Notes: generated from the sequence alone by a model not told the origin. A DNA stretch of 64,000 bases from Sphyrna mokarran (GCA_024679065.1 JAGIQG010000014.1:41912001-41976000), one strand, 5' to 3'; positions 50,294 through 62,967 are shown, counted from the first letter of the stretch. A program made the numbers and translations.

Positions 50294-50392
50294 GAAAAGA
50301 GAAAATGCTAGAAAATCTCAGCAGGTCTAGCAGCATCTGTAAGGAGAGAAAAGAGCTGATGTTTCAAGTCCAGATAAATGTTTGTCAAAGCA
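50294..50392. mobile_element. Penelope-like terminal fragment
   Basis: GAAAATGCTAGAAAATCTCAGCAGGTCTAGCAGCATCTGTAAGGAGAGAAAAGAGCTGATGTTTCAAGTCCAG, typical of fish/shark PLE ends. Confidence 0.65.
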
Positions 50393-50739
50393 GAGAATTT
50401 GCCTGTGATAGTGTTTATTTTCTACATTAAACTCTTGTCTAACTATTTCATCTCATCTGGTACATATTTCTGTAGGATCTTGCAAAGGCTGCTTATCACC
50501 AAATAGACTAATGCCAGAATGGTTTATTAAGATAAGTAACTGTGTACAGAGAGTAATATAAAGGCTATCGTACTCCATGACTCCAAATTGGTAAAGAAAA
50601 CTTGCACTCAGCTCCAGGATTCACACACTCCGGCTCAATTAGCTGAGTGGGTCAGATGACCCTCTGAGAACTTCCCCTTAAAGGACATACCAACACAATT
50701 TCTATTCCACTTTTTCTTCTTTCTTGCATCATTCAATTA

Positions 50740-51480
50740 GTTTCCTTCCAAAAGCATCTAAGCTATTTGTCTCAAACTGGTTCCTGTGGTAGTGAATTCC
50801 ATATATTAATCATTTTCTAGCTGAACAGAACTTCCTCTTTATTTCCCTGTTGCATTTATTTGTAGCAATCTTGCATTAATGGCCAAAAGTGCAAGCATTC
50901 TCAATGTGTCCAATTCATTCAGAATTTTAAAATCCTCTATTAGGTTGTCCCTAATTTTTTCTAAAGAGAAAAGCCCTTACTGTTTCAGTATTTCCCTACA
51001 GCTGTAATCTCTAGTTCTAGTATCTCCTTGTAATTGTTTTTGCACTTTCTCCAACTTATCTCTTCCCTTTTTATCACACGGAGACCAGAACTTGACCTGA
51101 CCAAACTCTTGAATAATATTTAATTTACTTTTAAATTCTCTACCCTAGAAATAAATCCAAGTACTTTCTTAACATCTGTAACTCATTTGTAATGTGATTT
51201 TTAATGATTAGCTCATTTATACACCTATATCACTTTGCTCTTTTACCCCATTCAGTTTCCCACTTCCTAAGGTGTAAGCAATGTTTCTATTTTTCCCAGC
51301 AAAATTCTTCACCTCACATTTGTGTTAAAGATTATTTTCCACTTAACAACTCAGTCTGTAAGTTTTATGTTGTCAATTTTAAATATGCTGCATCATTCTC
51401 GGTGTTAGTTAGATCATGCAGTTTGGTATCTTGTGCAAATTTTACTTGAGTTACCTGCTAGCAAAGTCTAAATCATTTAA
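50740..51480 (-). mobile_element. Very old CR1 3' fragment
   Basis: Decayed antisense motifs (GGTAGTGAATTCCAT, GGAGACCAGAAC, TTTGGTATCTTGTGCAAATTT = KFAQDTK). Confidence 0.55.
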
Positions 51481-51617
51481 TCTATTATTTTGTTAACTAC
51501 ATGCCAAACAATCTAACAGCAAAGCTTGGTTCAGAATTCGATAATTTGGTTTACCTCTAACCAACCAAGTGTGTGGGTAGGAATCATTACAACGCTATGT
51601 AGATACTTGGAACAAAT

Positions 51618-52250
51618 AGGCAGAATTCTCTCACTAAGTCTTGTGATGGGAATGGGGACAGGGAGTGTTTTCCACTGCGGAGGCTGTCAGGAATCCACAC
51701 TATATCTTCCGTCCCCAGCATAATTAATCATGCCTGTGGGGGTTTTGCTCCCTCTTCTATGGTTAGTTGGACTTGATGGTGCAGCAGTTGCCTTCATACC
51801 CAGATGCCTTATGGAAAATGTGCCCAATGTCACACAACTGAAGAAAGAAGATGGACCTCCAGGAACACACTTGAGGATGGAAGGTGGATCTCCTTGAAGA
51901 CACTGAAGCTGGATAGATGTGTGTGGCAGCACATGGGCACACTATTTACCTACTTGCCAACCCTCTCCCCGCCCCCCACACACACCGCAGTACAGGACCT
52001 GCATGAAAACCCACCTGGTGAGCTACCCACTTGTGGATGATTGCATTGTAGGAGGCTGCTGAATTGGGCTCCCAACCTGCTAATTACATTACAATGAGTA
52101 ACTTTGAATAATCAACATGTTCTTGCCTCCTCTGGGTGGGAACCTAATTGGGTCCAGTGGGGCACGGTGGGTGAATTGGGATAGGTTTACTACCTGAGCA
52201 GGAATCTTGTTTCAGACTGAAGACCTGATTCAGTAGGCCATCGGGATTGT
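51618..52250. mobile_element. Non-autonomous DNA transposon remnant (Harbinger-like)
   Basis: Begins AGGCAGAATTCTC; shares an internal segment with 3310-3420. Confidence 0.45.
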
Positions 52251-52550
52251 CACCAGGGGCTCACGGGTCCGGTGAACCTTGGCCCAGAAGTAAACTATCA
52301 GGAACTAAGAATCATTTTCAATTGATTCTGCAAGCATTAATTATCTACTTAAAGGACAGTTTGAAACTTAGACAATATGAAGTGTGTTTCTTTGATTGTG
52401 TTAAAAGTGCTGTGCGTTGCCTACAAAAGTAATGTTTAGTCAAAAGTACATTTAATCTAGTGTTACTATTAGAGTCTTAACATAATCTCGTTAAGTCATC
52501 CTTTCAGCTATTATGTTGTAGTTTGAATTTATTTTTGACAGTGTTCGAAT

Positions 52551-53212
52551 TGAACGCCTTCTGAAAATCTAAAAACACCACATCTACCAGTTCCCCCCTA
52601 TCTACTGCACTGGTCACATCCTCATAGAAATCCAATAAATTTATTAAACACTACTTCCCTTCATGTATCCGTGCTGTGTCTACTTGATCAAGCCATTCTG
52701 TTGTAGTTGTCTTGCTATTTCTTCTTTCTAGCATTTTTCCAACTACAGACATTAAGCTAAATGGCCTATAATTCCCGGCGTTTTGTCTGCTACTTTTTTT
52801 TAAATAGCAGTGTAACATTAGCCGTTTTCCAAACTTCTGGCACTTCCCAGAGTCCAGCAAATTTTGATAAATAATTACTAAGGCATCTGCTATCACCTCT
52901 ACCATTTCTTTCAGAACCCTGGGATGCATTCCATCCGGTCCTGAGAACTTGTCTACCTTCAGTCCTGTTAGTCTATCAAGCACTACCTCTCTAGTGACAG
53001 TAATTTCATTAAGGACCTCATCTCCTACCATCCTTCTATTGGCAAACTATTTGTGTCCTCCGCCGTGAAGACCAACACAAGTACTTATTTAAAGCCTCAG
53101 CCATTTCCTTATTACCCACCGCTAAATTCCCCCTCTCGTTGTCCAAGTGTCCAACATTCACTCTAGCCAGTCTCTTCTTTATATATTTGTAAAAACTTTT
53201 ATTATCACTTTT
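52551..53212 (-). mobile_element. Inverted 5' segment of a CR1 insertion (pre-RT and RT N-terminus)
   Basis: ORFs 52651-53031 and 53036-53248: SGPDGMHPRVLKE, NYRPFSLMSVVGKMLE; the segment ends at VVFLDFQKAF. Confidence 0.9.
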
Positions 53213-54378
53213 ACTCACAAAAAGTTGCTGCAGAAGGTTAGGGTGCATGGTGTTGGGGGTGAGGTGTTAGCATGGATTGAGGATTGGTTATCTATCAGGA
53301 AGCAGGAGGTTGGAATCAATGGGTGCTTTTTTGGTTGGTAGTTGGTGAGTAGTGGAGTGCTGCAGGGATTGGTGCTGGGGCCTCAACTGTTTACTATTTA
53401 CATAGATGATCTGGAGGAGGGGCTGAGTGTAAAATAACAAAATTTGCTGATGACACGAAGATGAGCGAAAAAGTGAATTGCATGGAACGCACGGAAAGTC
53501 TGTAGAGAGATCTGGGTAGGCTGAGTGAGTGGGTGAGAACCTGGCTGATGGAGTATAATGTTAGCAAATGTGAGGTTGTCCACTTTGGTAGAAATAATAG
53601 TAGGAGGGATTACTAAAGGGCAAAAAGCTGCAGTATGTTGTGGTGCAGAGGGATCTGGGGATCCTTGTGCATGAATAGCAAAAACCAGTTTGTAGGTGCA
53701 ATAGGTGATCAAAAAGGCGAATGGAATGTTGGCCTTTATAGCGAAGGGAATAGAATATAAAAGCAAAGACGTCTTACTGCAACTGTACAGGGCATTGGTG
53801 AGACTGCAACTGGAGTACAGTGTGCAGTTTTGGTCCCTGCATTTGCAAAAGGATATATTGGCCTTGGAGGGAGTACAGAGAAGGTTCATCAGGCTGATAC
53901 CGGAGATGAGGGGGTTGGCTTATGAAGAGAGATTGAATAAACTGAGTCTGTACTCATTAGAGTTTAGAAGGCTGAGGGGGGATCTTATAGATACTTACAA
54001 GATAAAGAAGGGGCTGGATACGGTTGAGGTAGAGAGATTCTTCCTGCTTAGAAAGGATAGCAGAACTACAGGGCACAACCTCAAAATAAGGGGAGCTGGG
54101 GGAACAGTTTAGAACAGAGTTGAGGAGGAATTTCTTCACTCAAAGGGTGGTGAATCTCTGGAATTCACTGCCCATTGAAGTGGTGGAGGCTCCCTCATTG
54201 AATATATTTAAGTCAAAGGGTAGATAGCTTTCTGATAGACAAGGGAATTAAGTGTTATGGGGAGAAAGTGGGAAAGTAGAACCGATCCACTTCAGATCAG
54301 CCATGATGTTATTGAATGGCAGGGCAGGTTCAAAGGGCTAGATGACCTACTCCTGCTCCTATTTCTTATGTTCTTATG
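53213..54378 (+). mobile_element. CR1/HER1-type LINE 3' segment
   Basis: Starts THKKLLQKVRVHGVGG; KFADDTK; ORF 53705-54112; tail CCTACTCCTGCTCCTATTTCTTATGTTCTTATG. Confidence 0.92.
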
Positions 54379-55624
54379 AATCCATTGAGATCATAACACA
54401 TTGCACCCTGTATAATGAATATCAGAGAAATACAAATTGTTGTTACGCCAAAAGTGGGGTTGATTTATTTAGAGATAACATTGCTGTCTTCTTCCTAACA
54501 GCTTCTACATGAATAAATATTTAGCATTGAATAATTACATTAAACAACAACCTTATTACTTCAATAATTTCTCTTTCTTGTTTAGTATTTGGAAATCTTA
54601 GAATAGCCATTTTCAAGCTGCTGACACTAAAATTTAAAAACATTGAGTTAAATTACACATAGTGCTCTATTTATTTAATGTGAAATGTTGATAAATGTAT
54701 CCATGTAAAAATCTTCAACTGTGCAATTTAATGTTGGAGGATATGAAGCGAACGTTATATTCTAAATTACTAATAAATCTGAATATTGTATTTTCTGGTT
54801 GACTAATTTTATGACTATGATTAAGCTTCTGGATTTATCTCTGGAAGGTTTTCATACAATTATTGTGCAAATATTCAAAAGTAAGTTTAATTTACAGTCT
54901 AGAATTATAAATATTGATCTAGAATGGTGCTGATCCAATCGTATTGATTATTCATCATTTTACGGATCACTCATGAGAATGTTTACAAAACTGGCCCTTT
55001 TTGATTTCACTCATACTGCTATGCACTGATGAGATAAGTAGGTTTTCATTTTAAAATAGCTAAAACACAAAGATACAGCCATTGTACCTACTTATGAAAT
55101 GGACAATGTAGTGCACTGAAAGCATATTTTTTCACTAATGTGCAAAACCAGTTATTTTGGGCACTTTTTTGGGGACACAATGAGTGTCTTCCTGATTCTA
55201 AAATGGCACCTGCAGTGTGTGCACACACATTTTTAGACCAAATCAGACCAAATAACATGCTGGTGAGTATTTATGTACATCCACACTGAATAACCACCAG
55301 AAGCTTGCAAAACAGGCAGATCAAATGTCAATTCAAACTTTATGCTGATTTGATAGCAGCAGTATCAGTTTGGAACTCAATGCTCCAGCTAATGTACTCC
55401 AACTGAAGACAGTTAAACAGAAGAGGCAGAATCTCCAGTTATGCCAACTAAAGGAGTTATCAGCTACTTCAAAGATAGTTGCTGGTTGATTTCTTTTGGC
55501 TGTTACATTGAGCCTACAAGTGATCGGTGACGTCTACCATTGTAGAGTTTGACAAATTTATACAAGCAGTGAGACAGGCGCCGAAGACTTGCTTTCAAGG
55601 CTTCTGCACAAAGTAGTTACTATC

Positions 55625-55840
55625 AGATATGGGGGTAGTACTACTCCTTGGATTCAGGCATCATTTGGAAAATGCTGAGCAGGACAATGTTGTGGAAGAA
55701 GGAGGAAGAGGAGGAGAAGGGTTCTTGGCAGCAGGCCATTATCTGCCCAAAGTATTCATTAGCTATTCTTCTGCCTAAACTTCAGTAAGAGACAAATGTA
55801 AGATATTCCTGCTTCATTAAGGATGTTCCCTCAATGTAAT
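55625..55840 (+). pseudogene. PIF/Harbinger transposase N-terminal remnant
   Basis: Arg-rich run (GGAAGAAGGAGGAAGAGGAGGAGAAGGG) followed by decayed RP..PKVF...LNFSKRQ...FIKDV, like the shark Harbinger N-terminus RRPYPPRVF..YLNLSEEQC.RRLRF. Confidence 0.55.
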
Positions 55841-56109
55841 TGCAATAGCAGAGCAGGGCAAGGATGGTATTGTCAGTGACTGTAAAGATGACAATGACCT
55901 TGGAGGAGCTATTGCAACAAGTCATAGTTTGCCATCCTCAAGAAGGGATTCCTAATGAAAATGGGGATAGAGAGAAGAAATGAGAGGATTATAAATACCC
56001 CAATGTGATTGAAATACAGTGATTAGAATGTTGGAATTATTCCCTGGTATCTGTTTTGCTTCAGTGTATTATTACAAAAAAATGGTGATGGGATGATTTC
56101 ATTACATTT

Positions 56110-56790
56110 TGGTTGCTACAATAGACATTGATGGCAAAGCTACTGCACATGGTTGACATTAATCAAGGATTAACGATTATGAAATGATTACTGCAAGGTA
56201 TCAAGTAATAATTTAAAGCGCGTTAAAAGAAAGTAACAGTCAGTGTGTCCTGTCTAAAATATGCTTAGTGAATTCTGTTATATTTTTCTGGTTGCTATTT
56301 TAAGTAGGTCAACATACTCATAAATATTATAGATAAAGAAATATTATGCTAATAGATTAACTATTTAGCTGTTAATGTAGCCAACAGTAATTTCTGGGCT
56401 CAAATAAAATCTTAGTTCACAGCACAGAAACAGCCAATTTCACTTGTTAAGTCTGAACCTTTGAACCTGACATCTGTCAATGTCAATTATATTATTATTT
56501 CATTATTGTTGTTGGAAATTAGTATCTTTCATCAGGTTTCCTAAATAAGTTATTTTAATTATTCTTGGTATGACATTATGTCGTGTAAATATAGAAAATG
56601 TGTAAATTGTTGACCTGCTGCATAAAGATGGCAATTTTTCTGAAATACCCTGCAGACTTCCAGCAGCTATAAAACATTGTCCAACATCAGGGTAATCAAT
56701 CAATAAGAGCTTTTTCTGGCAAGTTCCACAAAAGCAGCTGTCATGAAAAATATCAGTCCAGATTGGCACCATTATGTTCACTTGGATGTC
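56110..56790. promoter_or_regulatory. Candidate conserved non-coding element cluster
   Basis: Unique block with TGACATCTGTCAATGTCAATTA (TALE sites), ATCAATCAAT (PBX-like), CAGCTGTCA, AAGATGGC (YY1-like) and AAAGCGCGTT. Unverified. Confidence 0.4.
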
Positions 56791-57149
56791 ATCGCTTCCC
56801 AATGGCAGGCAGAAGCACAATTGGCTTCTCTAATGAAGACATCCAAATTCTCTTTCAAGGGGTACAAGGATGGCTGTTCAATCCCCAAAGCACAACAGCC
56901 AGCTTCCTGACGAGAACAGGCTCCACCTCACCCGCACTGCCGAGAATCACATTTGGACTCTTTTTTTAAACTTATATACTTGTGACTGCGAACTCGCTGA
57001 AAGAAATCACCACAATTTTTTCTCACTTTCATGCTTATTCGGGCTATTTATTCGGGTTCGACTCATTTAGTTTTTTTTTTGATAAGATCATCTCCCATGT
57101 TGCCCCTTCATAATCAATTTTAATCCTGAAGACATGTAGTGTGTCCACT

Positions 57150-57490
57150 GAAATCACAGAATCCCTACAGTGCAGAAGGTGGTCCTTCGGTCCATTGAGC
57201 GTCTGCACCAAGTCTCTGAAGAAAATCCTTACCGAGGCACAGCCCTTAATCCTCTCCTCATAGCACTGTCTATTTACAACCACTCATCCAACTAACCTAC
57301 ACATCTTTGGACATTAAGTGGCAACTTAGCATGGCCAATCCATCTTTGGTGTATGGGAGGAAACTGGTGCATCTGGAGGAAACCCACACAGCCATAGGTA
57401 CAATGTGCAAACTCCACAGCAATCCAAATTTGGAATTGAACCTGGGTCCCTGGCACTGTGAGGCAGCAGTACTCTGTGTTAGTGTGCTGA
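57150..57490 (-). mobile_element. HE1/V-SINE-type SINE
   Basis: Antisense tail ATCACAGAATCCCTACAGTGCAGAAGGTGG, V-domain and head. Confidence 0.85.
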
Positions 57491-58624
57491 CCCGTCCTAA
57501 CCTTTCAGGTTTCTTTTCATGATAATAGCTACTCTTGGAAATATGCTATTATAATTTGTTTTCCTGTTGCTTACATGTTTTTCCAAATTGGGGTAGCCAA
57601 AACAGTACACAGGATTCCAACTGTGGCTTAACTAAAGTTCAACATCTTGTTTTTGCTTTCTTTACCTGCCAAATGCAAATATAAGAATTACATTTGCTTT
57701 TCCATGGTTTTTATCTACATGCACTATTTTTAATGAGTTATGTACAAAAGCTTTCTGTTCTTCTATTCTATTAAATATTTCTCTGTGAATTCCATTTTGC
57801 TTTTAGCAATAGACTCCATAAAAACATGTTTGTTACAAAGCTGTAATTAAAAATTTCAACATCTTACCATGAAATAACTGTTAATGCTAACATTATATAG
57901 TACTAAGTATGTATTATGCTTGCAGAATTCTTGAACTGATTTAAGTGCAAATATTTCATTAAATGCTTTTCCCATACAAGAACACTCATAGTTTTTAAGA
58001 TATGATCAGTCATAAATTTTTAATATTTCAATTTGCATTGCTCACAAGTTGGAACATGTAAATTGTATATTTTGATTTTTAAACAAAGTAAAAGTGTGAC
58101 AATATTTGTATAACCCTTTATTAATGAATAAATGAAAATAAGTTATTATTAATTATACATTTATTTTATCAATTATTTCATGGGAAAAGGGCATCCCCAT
58201 CACTAATTTTCTTTCAAAAGATGCTTGTGAGTTGCCTTCATGGCATCAAATGGCATTAAGCACATATGTATCACCTTTACCCAAATTGATTGGTGGAGAG
58301 GGCTGTGTAAACCTTCAAAGCAGCCATTAGAAAACAACTAACCTACCAACCTTGCACAATTCCTTATTACTTACAGAACAACACCCTGCACAACACTGGG
58401 GTTACCGCTACTGTGGATAGTGTGTCAAGGAAGTTCAAGGCTAGGACAATTTCTTGTGATGTTGATGGGGTTGGGATACTATCCAGTACTGGCCATTTTC
58501 TCAAAGCATCTGCATTTGATATTTGTATCCCTGGTCTATGTTGGGAGGTATATTATAAGCAAATATTTAGAAACCCAATGCTGTATCCCCTACAGATGCT
58601 ATGGAACAATGGTTTTTGTTTTAG

Positions 58625-59625
58625 AGTCATATAGGTTTACAATATAAAAACAGGCCCTTTCGTCCAACTTGTCCATGCTACCCTTTTCTTAAACCCCTAA
58701 GCTAATCCCAGTAGCCCACATTTGGTCCACATCCCTCTACATCCATCTGTAACTGTCTAAACACTTTTTAAAACACAAACTTATACCCACCTTTACTACT
58801 ACCTCTGGCAGCTTGTTCTAGACACTCACTATCATCTTTGTGAAAAAATTGTCCGTTCTCACCTTAATTGTCCGTTCTCTGCCTTCTAATTTTAGACTCC
58901 TCTAAATTTTTAGGGAAAAGATATTGACAATCTAGCTGATCTATGCCCCTCGTTATTTTACAGACTTCTAGAAGATTACTCCTCAGCTTCCTACAGTCCA
59001 GAGAAAAAGAAAAATCACAGTCTATCCAGCCTCTCCTTATAATTCAAACCATCAAATCCCAGTAACCAGAACTGTACACAGTATTACTACTGTGTGGCCT
59101 TACCAATGTCTTGTACAACTTCAACAAGACATCCCAACTCCTGTATTCAGTGTTCTGACCAATGAAACATGCCAAATGCCTTCTTCATCACTCTGTCTAC
59201 ATCTGACTCCACTTTCAAGGAGCTATGAACCCATACCCCTAGATCTCTTTGTTCTATAACTTTCCCAACACCCTACCATTAACTGAGTAAGGCCTGCCCT
59301 AATTCAATCTACCAAAATGCATCACCTCGCATTTATCTAAATTAAACTCCATCTGCCATTTGCTAGCCCACTGGCCCAATCGATCAAGATCCGGAGATAA
59401 CCTTCTTCACTGTCTACTATGCCACTAATCTTGGTGTCATCTCCAAACTTATTAACCATGCCCCCTATATTCTGATCCAAATCATTTATACAAATAACAA
59501 ATAATAGTGGACCCTGCACCAATTCCTAAAGCATGCTGCTGGCCATGGGTCTCCAGTTTGAAAAACAACCCTCTACAACCACCTGTCATCAAGCCAATTT
59601 TGTGTCATTTAGCTACCTCACCTTC
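58625..59625 (-). mobile_element. CR1 3' ~1 kb fragment (different subfamily)
   Basis: ORF 59337-59522 QGPLLFVICINDLDQNIGGMVNKFGDDTKISG; CR1 tail at ~58625. Confidence 0.88.
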
Positions 59626-60767
59626 GATTGATCTTCTTGAAATAAGCTTAACAAGTTTATTATCACTAATAACAATGAAATGATTTCTGTAAACATATTG
59701 GTGAATTTCTTCATCCCAATGATGAATGGCCAACTCCTCTTTCTCAACCTGTGCCTTTTCTGCATTAGTCAAGGACCTTGGAGTATAGCCAATGGGCTAT
59801 TTGGACTTAACGGAGATGCATAATAAGGAAGAATGATTTCTTTGGAAAGGTTGAAATGAACTAAAAGGCAAGGCTTGCTTCACTTGTGTTAATGCTTGTA
59901 TTTGCTGTGTTTTCCACTTTAATCTGTTTTTTTTTAAATGAAGTATGTATAGAGGTGGACAAGTTTGGAATAAATTTTCTGTAATAATTTATCATTTAGA
60001 GAAAAGATTTTAACTCTGATACATTTTTTGAAGGAGGTTCATATAGGTCCCCTTCTTGAATTCTTGCCCCAACTTTCTCTTCCATCATGTGCAACCTTTG
60101 TGCATCTACTCTAATTTCTAAATAAATCACCTTGTTTCCCTTAAAGATGCATTTCTGTCTCTTTAATCTTGTTCTGGAACCATGTTAGAACCCTCTTTAG
60201 GTTTGTTAACTGTTCCTCCTCTGTGACTCCCATGATTGTATATTCCCCAAGTTGACAACTGCGTAATTTATATTTTGTAATAGGTTTTTTGTTGTACGTT
60301 GAAAGATTGCATGAGCTAATGAGACTCCAAATGGCAGCCTGGTGTACTGGTATAGGCTTTTGTGTGCGTCAATAGTTCTAAATTTTCTAACTGCCTCATC
60401 CAGCTCCAGCTGCTGGTACGTATTGGCTCATGTCTTTCTTGATATAAGTTAAACCACCAGCTAGCTTGACGTGCAGATGCTCTATTTTAGGTAACATTTA
60501 CCTGTCTAAGTGTGCTACTTGATAAACCTTTAGTTTACAACTCCCACATATTCATAGAATTTACCTTAAGTATTGGCAGAGTGGGAGCCGCCCACTCTGC
60601 AAACTGCATAGGTTTGATAATTCACAGAGCTTGCAGCCTTCAAAGTTCAGTTCACATAGTGAGTAGGACACCGGTCTTGCTCTGTACAATTTTCGTATTG
60701 CTTCTGGATATAGGTAAATTTTGGCTTTCATATTTTACCTAGTCCTTTCTGAAATTGTACCACTGCG

Positions 60768-61062
60768 TAGCATGGTGGCATCGTGGTTAGCATTGTTGTC
60801 TCACAGCAGCAACAAGCTGGAATCTGGCCTGTCTGTGTGGAATTTGCATGTTCTCCCCATGTCTGTGTGGGATTACTCCGAGTTCCTCCCACATTCCAAA
60901 GATGTGTGGGACGGCTTGACTGGCCATGCTATATTCTCCCCTAGTCTCAGGGACTAGCAGTATAAATACATGGGGTTAAGGGAATGAGACCTGGGTGGGA
61001 TTGTTGTTGGTGCAGGCTCAATGGGTTGAATGGCCTCCTTCTGCTATCGGGATTCTATGATA
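60768..61062 (+). mobile_element. HE1/V-SINE-type SINE
   Basis: Head GCATGGTGGCATCGTGGTTAGCATTG, V-domain and tail TGAATGGCCTCCTTCTGC...GGATTCTATGA. Confidence 0.85.
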
Positions 61063-61084
61063 TCTCCTGAGGATGACATGTTGA

Positions 61085-61830
61085 TTCCCCTTCTTGAATA
61101 TTACAAATTTCCAGACAATTCAATGTCTTTTTTTGGCTCCCCCATACTGATAATATTCTTCACAATTTCTGGTTTGTAATCTGAATCTCCTATACCTGTA
61201 CTTCTCTGTGGTTTTATATTTCTTTGTCCACACATCCCTGGTATGACTGCCATTTACACTTTCCCTCCAAACTTTGTGAATCTCACCAACTTGCACACTT
61301 TGAAGTTCTGCTGCACCTTTTTCTGCATTTTCCATAGCAAGAACAATTTCTAATACCTTCTTTTGAGTTATATAAGTTTCAGTTTCTATTGTAAAGTGAT
61401 GTTGTTTACCCCACATGCTAACTGATCTCTCAACATCTTCTTCAGGGCAGGCCCGAATTAACAATGTTCAGCTGTTTACTTCAACCTCTCCATAAAACCT
61501 GCCATCACCTGCTTGGGATCTCTTGTCATTGAATTGAAATTATATCTCTGCATTGTCACTGAAGACTTCAGATGATAGTGCCCCTTTTACTACTTCTGCA
61601 GGTTCCTTAAAGGCTTTAGTGTCAGCTGGAGAAGTCAAGCTCTTAATCAACTTATAGGTTAGAGCACTGCAGGTTGTTGACAGAATTATCTTTTGTTTCT
61701 CCTCTCCCACTTCAAAGCAACTATTTTGTTTGCTTTGAAGAAGTAATGCAGGCATTCAATATATTGAACCCAATCTGCCAAATAAGAGTTGAATGGCACA
61801 AGCTTCCCATAATAAAAGCATTTTGAAAAT
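61085..61830 (-). pseudogene. Gypsy/Ty3 LTR retrotransposon gag remnant
   Basis: YGKLVPFNSYLADWVQYIECLHYFFKANKI, KQKIILSTTCSALTYKLIKSLTSP and KVLEIVLAMENAEKGAAELQ are typical of vertebrate Gypsy gag; frameshifted. Confidence 0.85.
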
Positions 61831-61918
61831 TCACTGAACTGTTGAACGAACATGCTTCCAACAACTTGCACCTGAGATCTGCTGTGCCTCTCTCCGTGAC
61901 AACTATCTACATCACTAA

Positions 61919-62189
61919 TGTAATATAATAGGAGTGGCAACCAGTCCATCTATTATACGACCAGTGGAGTAACAACAAGACTATATTTATTTAACTATAG
62001 TAACTATGCACAGAGAGTGGGAATGATGCTGCTGCTTTGCCTTTATAACATACACTACCTGGGAGAGCCCACACTCAGCTCCAGGATTTGTACGCTTTTG
62101 CCCAATTGACAGAACTGGTTACATGACCCTCAACGTTCCCCCCCAACCCCCCGGCCCTCCCTCCTCCCTTAAAGGTGCTCACTGTGACA
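61919..62189 (-). mobile_element. 5' LTR of the Gypsy element
   Basis: Minus strand starts TGTCACAGTGAGCACCTTTAAG, has TATAAA and AATAAA, ends ATTACA, and is followed by a decayed PBS-like TAGTGATGTAG (cf. TGGCGACGAG). Confidence 0.6.
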
Positions 62190-62269
62190 GTTGTGCAGGT
62201 CTTGTTGTGTTTGGACAAAGATTGCATCATTATCGTAAAAGTTATGAAAGGTGTCGAATATAGTAGAAT

Positions 62270-62825
62270 GTTCCTATCCATGAATGGTAATGCTGACGTC
62301 TGAGACATTGTCTGTAATATATGATTTTGTGGGTATATCCGTGCTAGGCAGTTTCTTCACTTGGCTGTGGGATGGTACTCACGTGTTAGTAAGGAGGACT
62401 CTGCAGGGTCTACAGGGTTGTATTTTCTGTTGTCATTTCTGATGCTTAGGCCAATGACAGCTGATTTATCTGGTTTTGTTCTTTTTCTAAAAGCTTTGTA
62501 ATAATTTGATGCAACTAAATGATTTGCTTAATCATTTCAGAAGGCATTTAAGAGCCAACCACATTGCTGTTTGCCTGCATTCACATGCAGACTAGATCAC
62601 ACAAGGACGACAGATCTTTGTCTGATGAAAATTAGTGAACCAGATAGTTTTTTTTAATGACAATTGACAATAGTTTTCTGGTTATCAATACTGAGACTAA
62701 CTTCTGATTGAAGTTACATTCCATCAGCTGTCAAAATGGGACTTAAACCCATGTCTCCAGAGTGTTAGCCTGGGCATCTGGATTACTAGTCCATTGACAT
62801 TACCACTATGCCACAGCTCCTCCCC
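62270..62825 (-). mobile_element. 5' end of a CR1-group LINE: tRNA-like head, 5' UTR and start of the APE endonuclease
   Basis: Head GGGGAGGAGCTGTGGCATAGTGG (A box) ... GGTTTAAGTCCC (B box); downstream translates SHSQVKKLPSTDIPTKSYITDNVSDVSITIHG, a decayed APE motif PDIVILTESYL...ITIPGY. Confidence 0.7.
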
Positions 62826-62967
62826 AAAAGTGTCAAAAATTCCACCAATGCTATATTGAAAAGCTTAAAGCTGTTGTTTTAATTTCTATCACCAAATACT
62901 TTTCTTTAAAACCGAATCGAATTTTCATCTGCGGTTACTTGATCAAGCTGAATGAGTCTGTGCAAAG

